The position numbers were made by a program, and so were the translations under genes. Positions 10,321-19,131 of a stretch of DNA of 19,131 nt are shown in pieces. The DNA comes from Paraphysomonas bandaiensis (lineage: Eukaryota; Protista; Chrysophyceae), in the NCBI GenBank assembly GCA_965644295.1, contig CBFFRP010000478.1, forward strand, positions 1 to 19,131, in the 5' to 3' direction. Within the stretch, counting starts at the first letter, position 1. Each line of letters opens with the position of its first letter. The notes beneath the pieces are model-generated. The model made no database searches, was not told the DNA's origin, and saw only the letters and a list, made by a program, of their open reading frames with translations.

Positions 10321-11520
10321 ATGGAACGAGCTAGACTGAGTCTTGTTGTTCAAGGGCAGGCTGAAAGAAACGTTGTCACAAAGACGAAAAAACAGTATCT
10401 TTCGAAGTGTAAAGTACTCACCAACATACTAAACAAAGACGAGGATATACGAAAAGAAGCACTGGTGACTAATGAGGATGGTGAAGCTATCAAGCACACT
10501 GGAGAAGCTAAAGACATTTACGTAATGAAGCTTCCTATTGACGTAGCTGTGGCAAAGCTTCTCTTTGCGGCCATCTCTATTGATGAAGACCTTCCCAAAC
10601 GAGGGAATAAAAGGAAACGACGTGACGAAATTATCACGGAAGGTGAAGTTGAGGCAACCAGCAGTGATCACGTTGAAGTCGACAGTCAATACGATATGAA
10701 TCCGGGAAAAGATAAAGTTACCGTAAGTGCACAGGCTTATCAAAATTACAAGAGTGCACTTCGGTGGTGGCACCAATATGACTGTCCAAGTATGGGAAAA
10801 GTCGGCTACCCATGGCCTGGGGATGTGGATATGGCTTTGTGTGCTTCCATTGCAACCTATAAAAGGGATGTAGGAAGTAAAAAGCGCAATGGCATAATGA
10901 AGTCAAGAGAAGGGAAAAGTGCATTCAATTTACATGGCTATAAAGCTATATGTCGTTATTTCAAGAAAATGAAGCCCACCAAAAAAGGCCAATCATGGCA
11001 CGAGGGAATATTTGCTTCTTTATTTACTACAAAATCCGTTTCAACTATAGGTAGATCGGATAATGTTGATGATGTCATAACTACGAATATGGACTGGTCT
11101 AATGACGCTATGACTATAAAATTTGGAACCACCAAAACTGATCAAGCAGGGACTATGACAAGTGATATAAAGCGTATTTATGCAAACCCTTTTGCTCCAG
11201 AAATTTGTCCTCTATTAGATCTGGCAGTATATGTTTTCTGTATCCATCGAACCAGTGTCGAAGATGCTAAATATTTATTTGCTGGAAACGATCAAAATAA
11301 GAGATATTACAGTCTTCTCGTCGATGCAGTAAGAAATGGAATCGATAAATCATTGGATCTTGGTTGCGCAAGGGAAGATATAGGAACTCATAGCAATCGG
11401 AAGTTTGCCGAATCAACTTCAGTATCCAAACTTGATGGACCTAGTAGAACTCAAGTTTGCTTGAGGGCTGGTCAAGGAGTAGGCGGAACTCAGGACTGTT
11501 ATATGTTATATGATACATGA
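10321..11520 (+). CDS. Crypton (CryptonS-like) tyrosine recombinase, 399 aa, copy 1
   Basis: First ATG at 10321. Motifs IGRSDNV (R245), TKTDQAG (K272), IYANPFAPEICP, GTHSNRK (H357, R360) and GPSRTQVCLRAGQGVGGTQDCY (Y394). YQNYKSALRWWH resembles the N-terminal core-binding region. PKRGNKRKRR is NLS-like. Confidence 0.85.
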   Translation: MERARLSLVVQGQAERNVVTKTKKQYLSKCKVLTNILNKDEDIRKEALVTNEDGEAIKHTGEAKDIYVMKLPIDVAVAKLLFAAISIDEDLPKRGNKRKRRDEIITEGEVEATSSDHVEVDSQYDMNPGKDKVTVSAQAYQNYKSALRWWHQYDCPSMGKVGYPWPGDVDMALCASIATYKRDVGSKKRNGIMKSREGKSAFNLHGYKAICRYFKKMKPTKKGQSWHEGIFASLFTTKSVSTIGRSDNVDDVITTNMDWSNDAMTIKFGTTKTDQAGTMTSDIKRIYANPFAPEICPLLDLAVYVFCIHRTSVEDAKYLFAGNDQNKRYYSLLVDAVRNGIDKSLDLGCAREDIGTHSNRKFAESTSVSKLDGPSRTQVCLRAGQGVGGTQDCYMLYDT

Positions 11521-11617
11521 GTGCAGGCGTGGTTTACGATTGTCTATACAGCAGTATACCATGTATACTATCTATACTGTATACAACGTAATACGTACCT
11601 ATATACAATTTTCACAT

Positions 11618-11665
11618 ATTTTCATACTTTTGATCATTTAGAAAAACCCGAAGAAGTATGAAAAT
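11618..11665. other. Unit junction: 12-bp inverted repeats around a 24-bp spacer (putative joined element ends)
   Basis: ATTTTCATACTT (11618-11629), spacer TTGATCATTTAGAAAAACCCGAAG, AAGTATGAAAAT (11654-11665). The unit boundary 11642/11643 lies within 1 bp of the symmetry centre. Same structure at every junction. Confidence 0.75.
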
Positions 11666-11964
11666 TAAAACCTCAATTTTTTGGAGTTGTGTAAATTATT
11701 TTTCATACTTCGGATAGTTTCGATTCAGCTCCCTCGCAGGATCTCATAGCAAACGAGTGTAATTTTTCGAAATTAGTAGAAGTATGAAAAATAATTTACA
11801 CAGCCTTAAACTCTAAAAAACCCTTATTTTAAGTATAAAAGTGCACTTTTTAAGCATAGAAATCCATCATATTACTGGAACTGTTGAAGTGATAGAACAA
11901 GAACACTCATAGTATACTGACTGGACATTCAATGTACATCAACTAACTGTAATTGTGTTATATA

Positions 11965-13164
11965 ATGGAACGAGCTAGACTGAGTCTTGTTGTTCAAGGG
12001 CAGGCTGAAAGAAACGTTGTCACAAAGACGAAAAAACAGTATCTTTCGAAGTGTAAAGTACTCACCAACATACTAAACAAAGACGAGGATATACGAAAAG
12101 AAGCACTGGTGACTAATGAGGATGGTGAAGCTATCAAGCACACTGGAGAAGCTAAAGACATTTACGTAATGAAGCTTCCTATTGACGTAGCTGTGGCAAA
12201 GCTTCTCTTTGCGGCCATCTCTATTGATGAAGACCTTCCCAAACGAGGGAATAAAAGGAAACGACGTGACGAAATTATCACGGAAGGTGAAGTTGAGGCA
12301 ACCAGCAGTGATCACGTTGAAGTCGACAGTCAATACGATATGAATCCGGGAAAAGATAAAGTTACCGTAAGTGCACAGGCTTATCAAAATTACAAGAGTG
12401 CACTTCGGTGGTGGCACCAATATGACTGTCCAAGTATGGGAAAAGTCGGCTACCCATGGCCTGGGGATGTGGATATGGCTTTGTGTGCTTCCATTGCAAC
12501 CTATAAAAGGGATGTAGGAAGTAAAAAGCGCAATGGCATAATGAAGTCAAGAGAAGGGAAAAGTGCATTCAATTTACATGGCTATAAAGCTATATGTCGT
12601 TATTTCAAGAAAATGAAGCCCACCAAAAAAGGCCAATCATGGCACGAGGGAATATTTGCTTCTTTATTTACTACAAAATCCGTTTCAACTATAGGTAGAT
12701 CGGATAATGTTGATGATGTCATAACTACGAATATGGACTGGTCTAATGACGCTATGACTATAAAATTTGGAACCACCAAAACTGATCAAGCAGGGACTAT
12801 GACAAGTGATATAAAGCGTATTTATGCAAACCCTTTTGCTCCAGAAATTTGTCCTCTATTAGATCTGGCAGTATATGTTTTCTGTATCCATCGAACCAGT
12901 GTCGAAGATGCTAAATATTTATTTGCTGGAAACGATCAAAATAAGAGATATTACAGTCTTCTCGTCGATGCAGTAAGAAATGGAATCGATAAATCATTGG
13001 ATCTTGGTTGCGCAAGGGAAGATATAGGAACTCATAGCAATCGGAAGTTTGCCGAATCAACTTCAGTATCCAAACTTGATGGACCTAGTAGAACTCAAGT
13101 TTGCTTGAGGGCTGGTCAAGGAGTAGGCGGAACTCAGGACTGTTATATGTTATATGATACATGA
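11965..13164 (+). CDS. Crypton-like tyrosine recombinase, copy 2
   Basis: Translation identical to copy 1, offset 1644. Confidence 0.85.
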   Translation: MERARLSLVVQGQAERNVVTKTKKQYLSKCKVLTNILNKDEDIRKEALVTNEDGEAIKHTGEAKDIYVMKLPIDVAVAKLLFAAISIDEDLPKRGNKRKRRDEIITEGEVEATSSDHVEVDSQYDMNPGKDKVTVSAQAYQNYKSALRWWHQYDCPSMGKVGYPWPGDVDMALCASIATYKRDVGSKKRNGIMKSREGKSAFNLHGYKAICRYFKKMKPTKKGQSWHEGIFASLFTTKSVSTIGRSDNVDDVITTNMDWSNDAMTIKFGTTKTDQAGTMTSDIKRIYANPFAPEICPLLDLAVYVFCIHRTSVEDAKYLFAGNDQNKRYYSLLVDAVRNGIDKSLDLGCAREDIGTHSNRKFAESTSVSKLDGPSRTQVCLRAGQGVGGTQDCYMLYDT

Positions 13165-13608
13165 GTGCAGGCGTGGTTTACGATTGTCTATACAGCAGTA
13201 TACCATGTATACTATCTATACTGTATACAACGTAATACGTACCTATATACAATTTTCACATATTTTCATACTTTTGATCATTTAGAAAAACCCGAAGAAG
13301 TATGAAAATTAAAACCTCAATTTTTTGGAGTTGTGTAAATTATTTTTCATACTTCGGATAGTTTCGATTCAGCTCCCTCGCAGGATCTCATAGCAAACGA
13401 GTGTAATTTTTCGAAATTAGTAGAAGTATGAAAAATAATTTACACAGCCTTAAACTCTAAAAAACCCTTATTTTAAGTATAAAAGTGCACTTTTTAAGCA
13501 TAGAAATCCATCATATTACTGGAACTGTTGAAGTGATAGAACAAGAACACTCATAGTATACTGACTGGACATTCAATGTACATCAACTAACTGTAATTGT
13601 GTTATATA

Positions 13609-14808
13609 ATGGAACGAGCTAGACTGAGTCTTGTTGTTCAAGGGCAGGCTGAAAGAAACGTTGTCACAAAGACGAAAAAACAGTATCTTTCGAAGTGTAA
13701 AGTACTCACCAACATACTAAACAAAGACGAGGATATACGAAAAGAAGCACTGGTGACTAATGAGGATGGTGAAGCTATCAAGCACACTGGAGAAGCTAAA
13801 GACATTTACGTAATGAAGCTTCCTATTGACGTAGCTGTGGCAAAGCTTCTCTTTGCGGCCATCTCTATTGATGAAGACCTTCCCAAACGAGGGAATAAAA
13901 GGAAACGACGTGACGAAATTATCACGGAAGGTGAAGTTGAGGCAACCAGCAGTGATCACGTTGAAGTCGACAGTCAATACGATATGAATCCGGGAAAAGA
14001 TAAAGTTACCGTAAGTGCACAGGCTTATCAAAATTACAAGAGTGCACTTCGGTGGTGGCACCAATATGACTGTCCAAGTATGGGAAAAGTCGGCTACCCA
14101 TGGCCTGGGGATGTGGATATGGCTTTGTGTGCTTCCATTGCAACCTATAAAAGGGATGTAGGAAGTAAAAAGCGCAATGGCATAATGAAGTCAAGAGAAG
14201 GGAAAAGTGCATTCAATTTACATGGCTATAAAGCTATATGTCGTTATTTCAAGAAAATGAAGCCCACCAAAAAAGGCCAATCATGGCACGAGGGAATATT
14301 TGCTTCTTTATTTACTACAAAATCCGTTTCAACTATAGGTAGATCGGATAATGTTGATGATGTCATAACTACGAATATGGACTGGTCTAATGACGCTATG
14401 ACTATAAAATTTGGAACCACCAAAACTGATCAAGCAGGGACTATGACAAGTGATATAAAGCGTATTTATGCAAACCCTTTTGCTCCAGAAATTTGTCCTC
14501 TATTAGATCTGGCAGTATATGTTTTCTGTATCCATCGAACCAGTGTCGAAGATGCTAAATATTTATTTGCTGGAAACGATCAAAATAAGAGATATTACAG
14601 TCTTCTCGTCGATGCAGTAAGAAATGGAATCGATAAATCATTGGATCTTGGTTGCGCAAGGGAAGATATAGGAACTCATAGCAATCGGAAGTTTGCCGAA
14701 TCAACTTCAGTATCCAAACTTGATGGACCTAGTAGAACTCAAGTTTGCTTGAGGGCTGGTCAAGGAGTAGGCGGAACTCAGGACTGTTATATGTTATATG
14801 ATACATGA
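13609..14808 (+). CDS. Crypton-like tyrosine recombinase, copy 3
   Basis: Translation identical to copy 1. Confidence 0.85.
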   Translation: MERARLSLVVQGQAERNVVTKTKKQYLSKCKVLTNILNKDEDIRKEALVTNEDGEAIKHTGEAKDIYVMKLPIDVAVAKLLFAAISIDEDLPKRGNKRKRRDEIITEGEVEATSSDHVEVDSQYDMNPGKDKVTVSAQAYQNYKSALRWWHQYDCPSMGKVGYPWPGDVDMALCASIATYKRDVGSKKRNGIMKSREGKSAFNLHGYKAICRYFKKMKPTKKGQSWHEGIFASLFTTKSVSTIGRSDNVDDVITTNMDWSNDAMTIKFGTTKTDQAGTMTSDIKRIYANPFAPEICPLLDLAVYVFCIHRTSVEDAKYLFAGNDQNKRYYSLLVDAVRNGIDKSLDLGCAREDIGTHSNRKFAESTSVSKLDGPSRTQVCLRAGQGVGGTQDCYMLYDT

Positions 14809-15252
14809 GTGCAGGCGTGGTTTACGATTGTCTATACAGCAGTATACCATGTATACTATCTATACTGTATACAACGTAATACGTACCTATATACAATTTT
14901 CACATATTTTCATACTTTTGATCATTTAGAAAAACCCGAAGAAGTATGAAAATTAAAACCTCAATTTTTTGGAGTTGTGTAAATTATTTTTCATACTTCG
15001 GATAGTTTCGATTCAGCTCCCTCGCAGGATCTCATAGCAAACGAGTGTAATTTTTCGAAATTAGTAGAAGTATGAAAAATAATTTACACAGCCTTAAACT
15101 CTAAAAAACCCTTATTTTAAGTATAAAAGTGCACTTTTTAAGCATAGAAATCCATCATATTACTGGAACTGTTGAAGTGATAGAACAAGAACACTCATAG
15201 TATACTGACTGGACATTCAATGTACATCAACTAACTGTAATTGTGTTATATA

Positions 15253-16452
15253 ATGGAACGAGCTAGACTGAGTCTTGTTGTTCAAGGGCAGGCTGAAAGA
15301 AACGTTGTCACAAAGACGAAAAAACAGTATCTTTCGAAGTGTAAAGTACTCACCAACATACTAAACAAAGACGAGGATATACGAAAAGAAGCACTGGTGA
15401 CTAATGAGGATGGTGAAGCTATCAAGCACACTGGAGAAGCTAAAGACATTTACGTAATGAAGCTTCCTATTGACGTAGCTGTGGCAAAGCTTCTCTTTGC
15501 GGCCATCTCTATTGATGAAGACCTTCCCAAACGAGGGAATAAAAGGAAACGACGTGACGAAATTATCACGGAAGGTGAAGTTGAGGCAACCAGCAGTGAT
15601 CACGTTGAAGTCGACAGTCAATACGATATGAATCCGGGAAAAGATAAAGTTACCGTAAGTGCACAGGCTTATCAAAATTACAAGAGTGCACTTCGGTGGT
15701 GGCACCAATATGACTGTCCAAGTATGGGAAAAGTCGGCTACCCATGGCCTGGGGATGTGGATATGGCTTTGTGTGCTTCCATTGCAACCTATAAAAGGGA
15801 TGTAGGAAGTAAAAAGCGCAATGGCATAATGAAGTCAAGAGAAGGGAAAAGTGCATTCAATTTACATGGCTATAAAGCTATATGTCGTTATTTCAAGAAA
15901 ATGAAGCCCACCAAAAAAGGCCAATCATGGCACGAGGGAATATTTGCTTCTTTATTTACTACAAAATCCGTTTCAACTATAGGTAGATCGGATAATGTTG
16001 ATGATGTCATAACTACGAATATGGACTGGTCTAATGACGCTATGACTATAAAATTTGGAACCACCAAAACTGATCAAGCAGGGACTATGACAAGTGATAT
16101 AAAGCGTATTTATGCAAACCCTTTTGCTCCAGAAATTTGTCCTCTATTAGATCTGGCAGTATATGTTTTCTGTATCCATCGAACCAGTGTCGAAGATGCT
16201 AAATATTTATTTGCTGGAAACGATCAAAATAAGAGATATTACAGTCTTCTCGTCGATGCAGTAAGAAATGGAATCGATAAATCATTGGATCTTGGTTGCG
16301 CAAGGGAAGATATAGGAACTCATAGCAATCGGAAGTTTGCCGAATCAACTTCAGTATCCAAACTTGATGGACCTAGTAGAACTCAAGTTTGCTTGAGGGC
16401 TGGTCAAGGAGTAGGCGGAACTCAGGACTGTTATATGTTATATGATACATGA
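15253..16452 (+). CDS. Crypton-like tyrosine recombinase, copy 4
   Basis: Translation identical to copy 1. Confidence 0.85.
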   Translation: MERARLSLVVQGQAERNVVTKTKKQYLSKCKVLTNILNKDEDIRKEALVTNEDGEAIKHTGEAKDIYVMKLPIDVAVAKLLFAAISIDEDLPKRGNKRKRRDEIITEGEVEATSSDHVEVDSQYDMNPGKDKVTVSAQAYQNYKSALRWWHQYDCPSMGKVGYPWPGDVDMALCASIATYKRDVGSKKRNGIMKSREGKSAFNLHGYKAICRYFKKMKPTKKGQSWHEGIFASLFTTKSVSTIGRSDNVDDVITTNMDWSNDAMTIKFGTTKTDQAGTMTSDIKRIYANPFAPEICPLLDLAVYVFCIHRTSVEDAKYLFAGNDQNKRYYSLLVDAVRNGIDKSLDLGCAREDIGTHSNRKFAESTSVSKLDGPSRTQVCLRAGQGVGGTQDCYMLYDT

Positions 16453-16896
16453 GTGCAGGCGTGGTTTACGATTGTCTATACAGCAGTATACCATGTATAC
16501 TATCTATACTGTATACAACGTAATACGTACCTATATACAATTTTCACATATTTTCATACTTTTGATCATTTAGAAAAACCCGAAGAAGTATGAAAATTAA
16601 AACCTCAATTTTTTGGAGTTGTGTAAATTATTTTTCATACTTCGGATAGTTTCGATTCAGCTCCCTCGCAGGATCTCATAGCAAACGAGTGTAATTTTTC
16701 GAAATTAGTAGAAGTATGAAAAATAATTTACACAGCCTTAAACTCTAAAAAACCCTTATTTTAAGTATAAAAGTGCACTTTTTAAGCATAGAAATCCATC
16801 ATATTACTGGAACTGTTGAAGTGATAGAACAAGAACACTCATAGTATACTGACTGGACATTCAATGTACATCAACTAACTGTAATTGTGTTATATA

Positions 16897-18096
16897 ATGG
16901 AACGAGCTAGACTGAGTCTTGTTGTTCAAGGGCAGGCTGAAAGAAACGTTGTCACAAAGACGAAAAAACAGTATCTTTCGAAGTGTAAAGTACTCACCAA
17001 CATACTAAACAAAGACGAGGATATACGAAAAGAAGCACTGGTGACTAATGAGGATGGTGAAGCTATCAAGCACACTGGAGAAGCTAAAGACATTTACGTA
17101 ATGAAGCTTCCTATTGACGTAGCTGTGGCAAAGCTTCTCTTTGCGGCCATCTCTATTGATGAAGACCTTCCCAAACGAGGGAATAAAAGGAAACGACGTG
17201 ACGAAATTATCACGGAAGGTGAAGTTGAGGCAACCAGCAGTGATCACGTTGAAGTCGACAGTCAATACGATATGAATCCGGGAAAAGATAAAGTTACCGT
17301 AAGTGCACAGGCTTATCAAAATTACAAGAGTGCACTTCGGTGGTGGCACCAATATGACTGTCCAAGTATGGGAAAAGTCGGCTACCCATGGCCTGGGGAT
17401 GTGGATATGGCTTTGTGTGCTTCCATTGCAACCTATAAAAGGGATGTAGGAAGTAAAAAGCGCAATGGCATAATGAAGTCAAGAGAAGGGAAAAGTGCAT
17501 TCAATTTACATGGCTATAAAGCTATATGTCGTTATTTCAAGAAAATGAAGCCCACCAAAAAAGGCCAATCATGGCACGAGGGAATATTTGCTTCTTTATT
17601 TACTACAAAATCCGTTTCAACTATAGGTAGATCGGATAATGTTGATGATGTCATAACTACGAATATGGACTGGTCTAATGACGCTATGACTATAAAATTT
17701 GGAACCACCAAAACTGATCAAGCAGGGACTATGACAAGTGATATAAAGCGTATTTATGCAAACCCTTTTGCTCCAGAAATTTGTCCTCTATTAGATCTGG
17801 CAGTATATGTTTTCTGTATCCATCGAACCAGTGTCGAAGATGCTAAATATTTATTTGCTGGAAACGATCAAAATAAGAGATATTACAGTCTTCTCGTCGA
17901 TGCAGTAAGAAATGGAATCGATAAATCATTGGATCTTGGTTGCGCAAGGGAAGATATAGGAACTCATAGCAATCGGAAGTTTGCCGAATCAACTTCAGTA
18001 TCCAAACTTGATGGACCTAGTAGAACTCAAGTTTGCTTGAGGGCTGGTCAAGGAGTAGGCGGAACTCAGGACTGTTATATGTTATATGATACATGA
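16897..18096 (+). CDS. Crypton-like tyrosine recombinase, copy 5
   Basis: Translation identical to copy 1. Confidence 0.85.
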   Translation: MERARLSLVVQGQAERNVVTKTKKQYLSKCKVLTNILNKDEDIRKEALVTNEDGEAIKHTGEAKDIYVMKLPIDVAVAKLLFAAISIDEDLPKRGNKRKRRDEIITEGEVEATSSDHVEVDSQYDMNPGKDKVTVSAQAYQNYKSALRWWHQYDCPSMGKVGYPWPGDVDMALCASIATYKRDVGSKKRNGIMKSREGKSAFNLHGYKAICRYFKKMKPTKKGQSWHEGIFASLFTTKSVSTIGRSDNVDDVITTNMDWSNDAMTIKFGTTKTDQAGTMTSDIKRIYANPFAPEICPLLDLAVYVFCIHRTSVEDAKYLFAGNDQNKRYYSLLVDAVRNGIDKSLDLGCAREDIGTHSNRKFAESTSVSKLDGPSRTQVCLRAGQGVGGTQDCYMLYDT

Positions 18097-18540
18097 GTGC
18101 AGGCGTGGTTTACGATTGTCTATACAGCAGTATACCATGTATACTATCTATACTGTATACAACGTAATACGTACCTATATACAATTTTCACATATTTTCA
18201 TACTTTTGATCATTTAGAAAAACCCGAAGAAGTATGAAAATTAAAACCTCAATTTTTTGGAGTTGTGTAAATTATTTTTCATACTTCGGATAGTTTCGAT
18301 TCAGCTCCCTCGCAGGATCTCATAGCAAACGAGTGTAATTTTTCGAAATTAGTAGAAGTATGAAAAATAATTTACACAGCCTTAAACTCTAAAAAACCCT
18401 TATTTTAAGTATAAAAGTGCACTTTTTAAGCATAGAAATCCATCATATTACTGGAACTGTTGAAGTGATAGAACAAGAACACTCATAGTATACTGACTGG
18501 ACATTCAATGTACATCAACTAACTGTAATTGTGTTATATA

Positions 18541-19131
18541 ATGGAACGAGCTAGACTGAGTCTTGTTGTTCAAGGGCAGGCTGAAAGAAACGTTGTCACA
18601 AAGACGAAAAAACAGTATCTTTCGAAGTGTAAAGTACTCACCAACATACTAAACAAAGACGAGGATATACGAAAAGAAGCACTGGTGACTAATGAGGATG
18701 GTGAAGCTATCAAGCACACTGGAGAAGCTAAAGACATTTACGTAATGAAGCTTCCTATTGACGTAGCTGTGGCAAAGCTTCTCTTTGCGGCCATCTCTAT
18801 TGATGAAGACCTTCCCAAACGAGGGAATAAAAGGAAACGACGTGACGAAATTATCACGGAAGGTGAAGTTGAGGCAACCAGCAGTGATCACGTTGAAGTC
18901 GACAGTCAATACGATATGAATCCGGGAAAAGATAAAGTTACCGTAAGTGCACAGGCTTATCAAAATTACAAGAGTGCACTTCGGTGGTGGCACCAATATG
19001 ACTGTCCAAGTATGGGAAAAGTCGGCTACCCATGGCCTGGGGATGTGGATATGGCTTTGTGTGCTTCCATTGCAACCTATAAAAGGGATGTAGGAAGTAA
19101 AAAGCGCAATGGCATAATGAAGTCAAGAGAA
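18541..19131 (+). CDS. Crypton-like tyrosine recombinase, copy 6 (cut by the window end)
   Basis: ATG at 18541. Same sequence as copy 1 up to MKSRE at the window edge. Confidence 0.82.
   Translation, partial: MERARLSLVVQGQAERNVVTKTKKQYLSKCKVLTNILNKDEDIRKEALVTNEDGEAIKHTGEAKDIYVMKLPIDVAVAKLLFAAISIDEDLPKRGNKRKRRDEIITEGEVEATSSDHVEVDSQYDMNPGKDKVTVSAQAYQNYKSALRWWHQYDCPSMGKVGYPWPGDVDMALCASIATYKRDVGSKKRNGIMKSRE

Larger units (their letters stand above)
9999..19131 (+). mobile_element. Head-to-tail tandem array of a 1644-bp Crypton-like (tyrosine recombinase) element: 5 full units plus a partial sixth
   Basis: Units 9999-11642, 11643-13286, 13287-14930, 14931-16574, 16575-18218 and 18219-end. The period is exactly 1644, the ORF translations are identical, and no nucleotide differences were noticed by eye. 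Confidence 0.9.

Noticed and set aside
10429-10924. 115-aa and 68-aa minus-strand ORFs in every unit
   Set aside because: Antisense shadows of the recombinase. Their recurrence only reflects unit identity.
10321-11520. Bacterial or phage integrase, or a domesticated Ndc10-like gene
   Set aside because: The motifs match Crypton-type proteins, there is an NLS-like patch, and the gene sits in a unit with defined ends, which favours a eukaryotic mobile element.
11545-11559. TATACAGCAGTATAC shared between the Crypton unit tail and the LTR (about 4424-4438)
   Set aside because: Both regions are TATAC-rich low-complexity DNA, and a 15-nt match is too weak to infer a relationship.

Overview
Eukaryotic, transposon-rich window, probably from a stramenopile (inferred from ~50-nt GT-AG introns and a CryptonS-type recombinase). 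1-770: ~65-bp tandem repeats in fold-back arrangement, interrupted by a 382-bp TG...CA LTR preceded by a polypurine tract. A near-identical LTR lies in the opposite orientation at 4114-4495, with ~3.3 kb of apparently decayed coding DNA between them. 4497-4746 and 8347-9690: two 5'-truncated copies of one LINE, flanking a divergent pair of intron-containing host genes (a FAM210/DUF1279-like protein and a membrane-anchored JmjC-like protein). 9999-19131: a head-to-tail array of at least 5.5 apparently identical 1644-bp units. Each unit encodes a 399-aa Crypton-type tyrosine recombinase that stops five residues after the catalytic Tyr. Each unit junction sits at the centre of a 12-bp inverted repeat pair, as expected of a recombinase-made end-to-end (circle) junction. 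All family assignments rest on motif recognition by eye; no searches were run.
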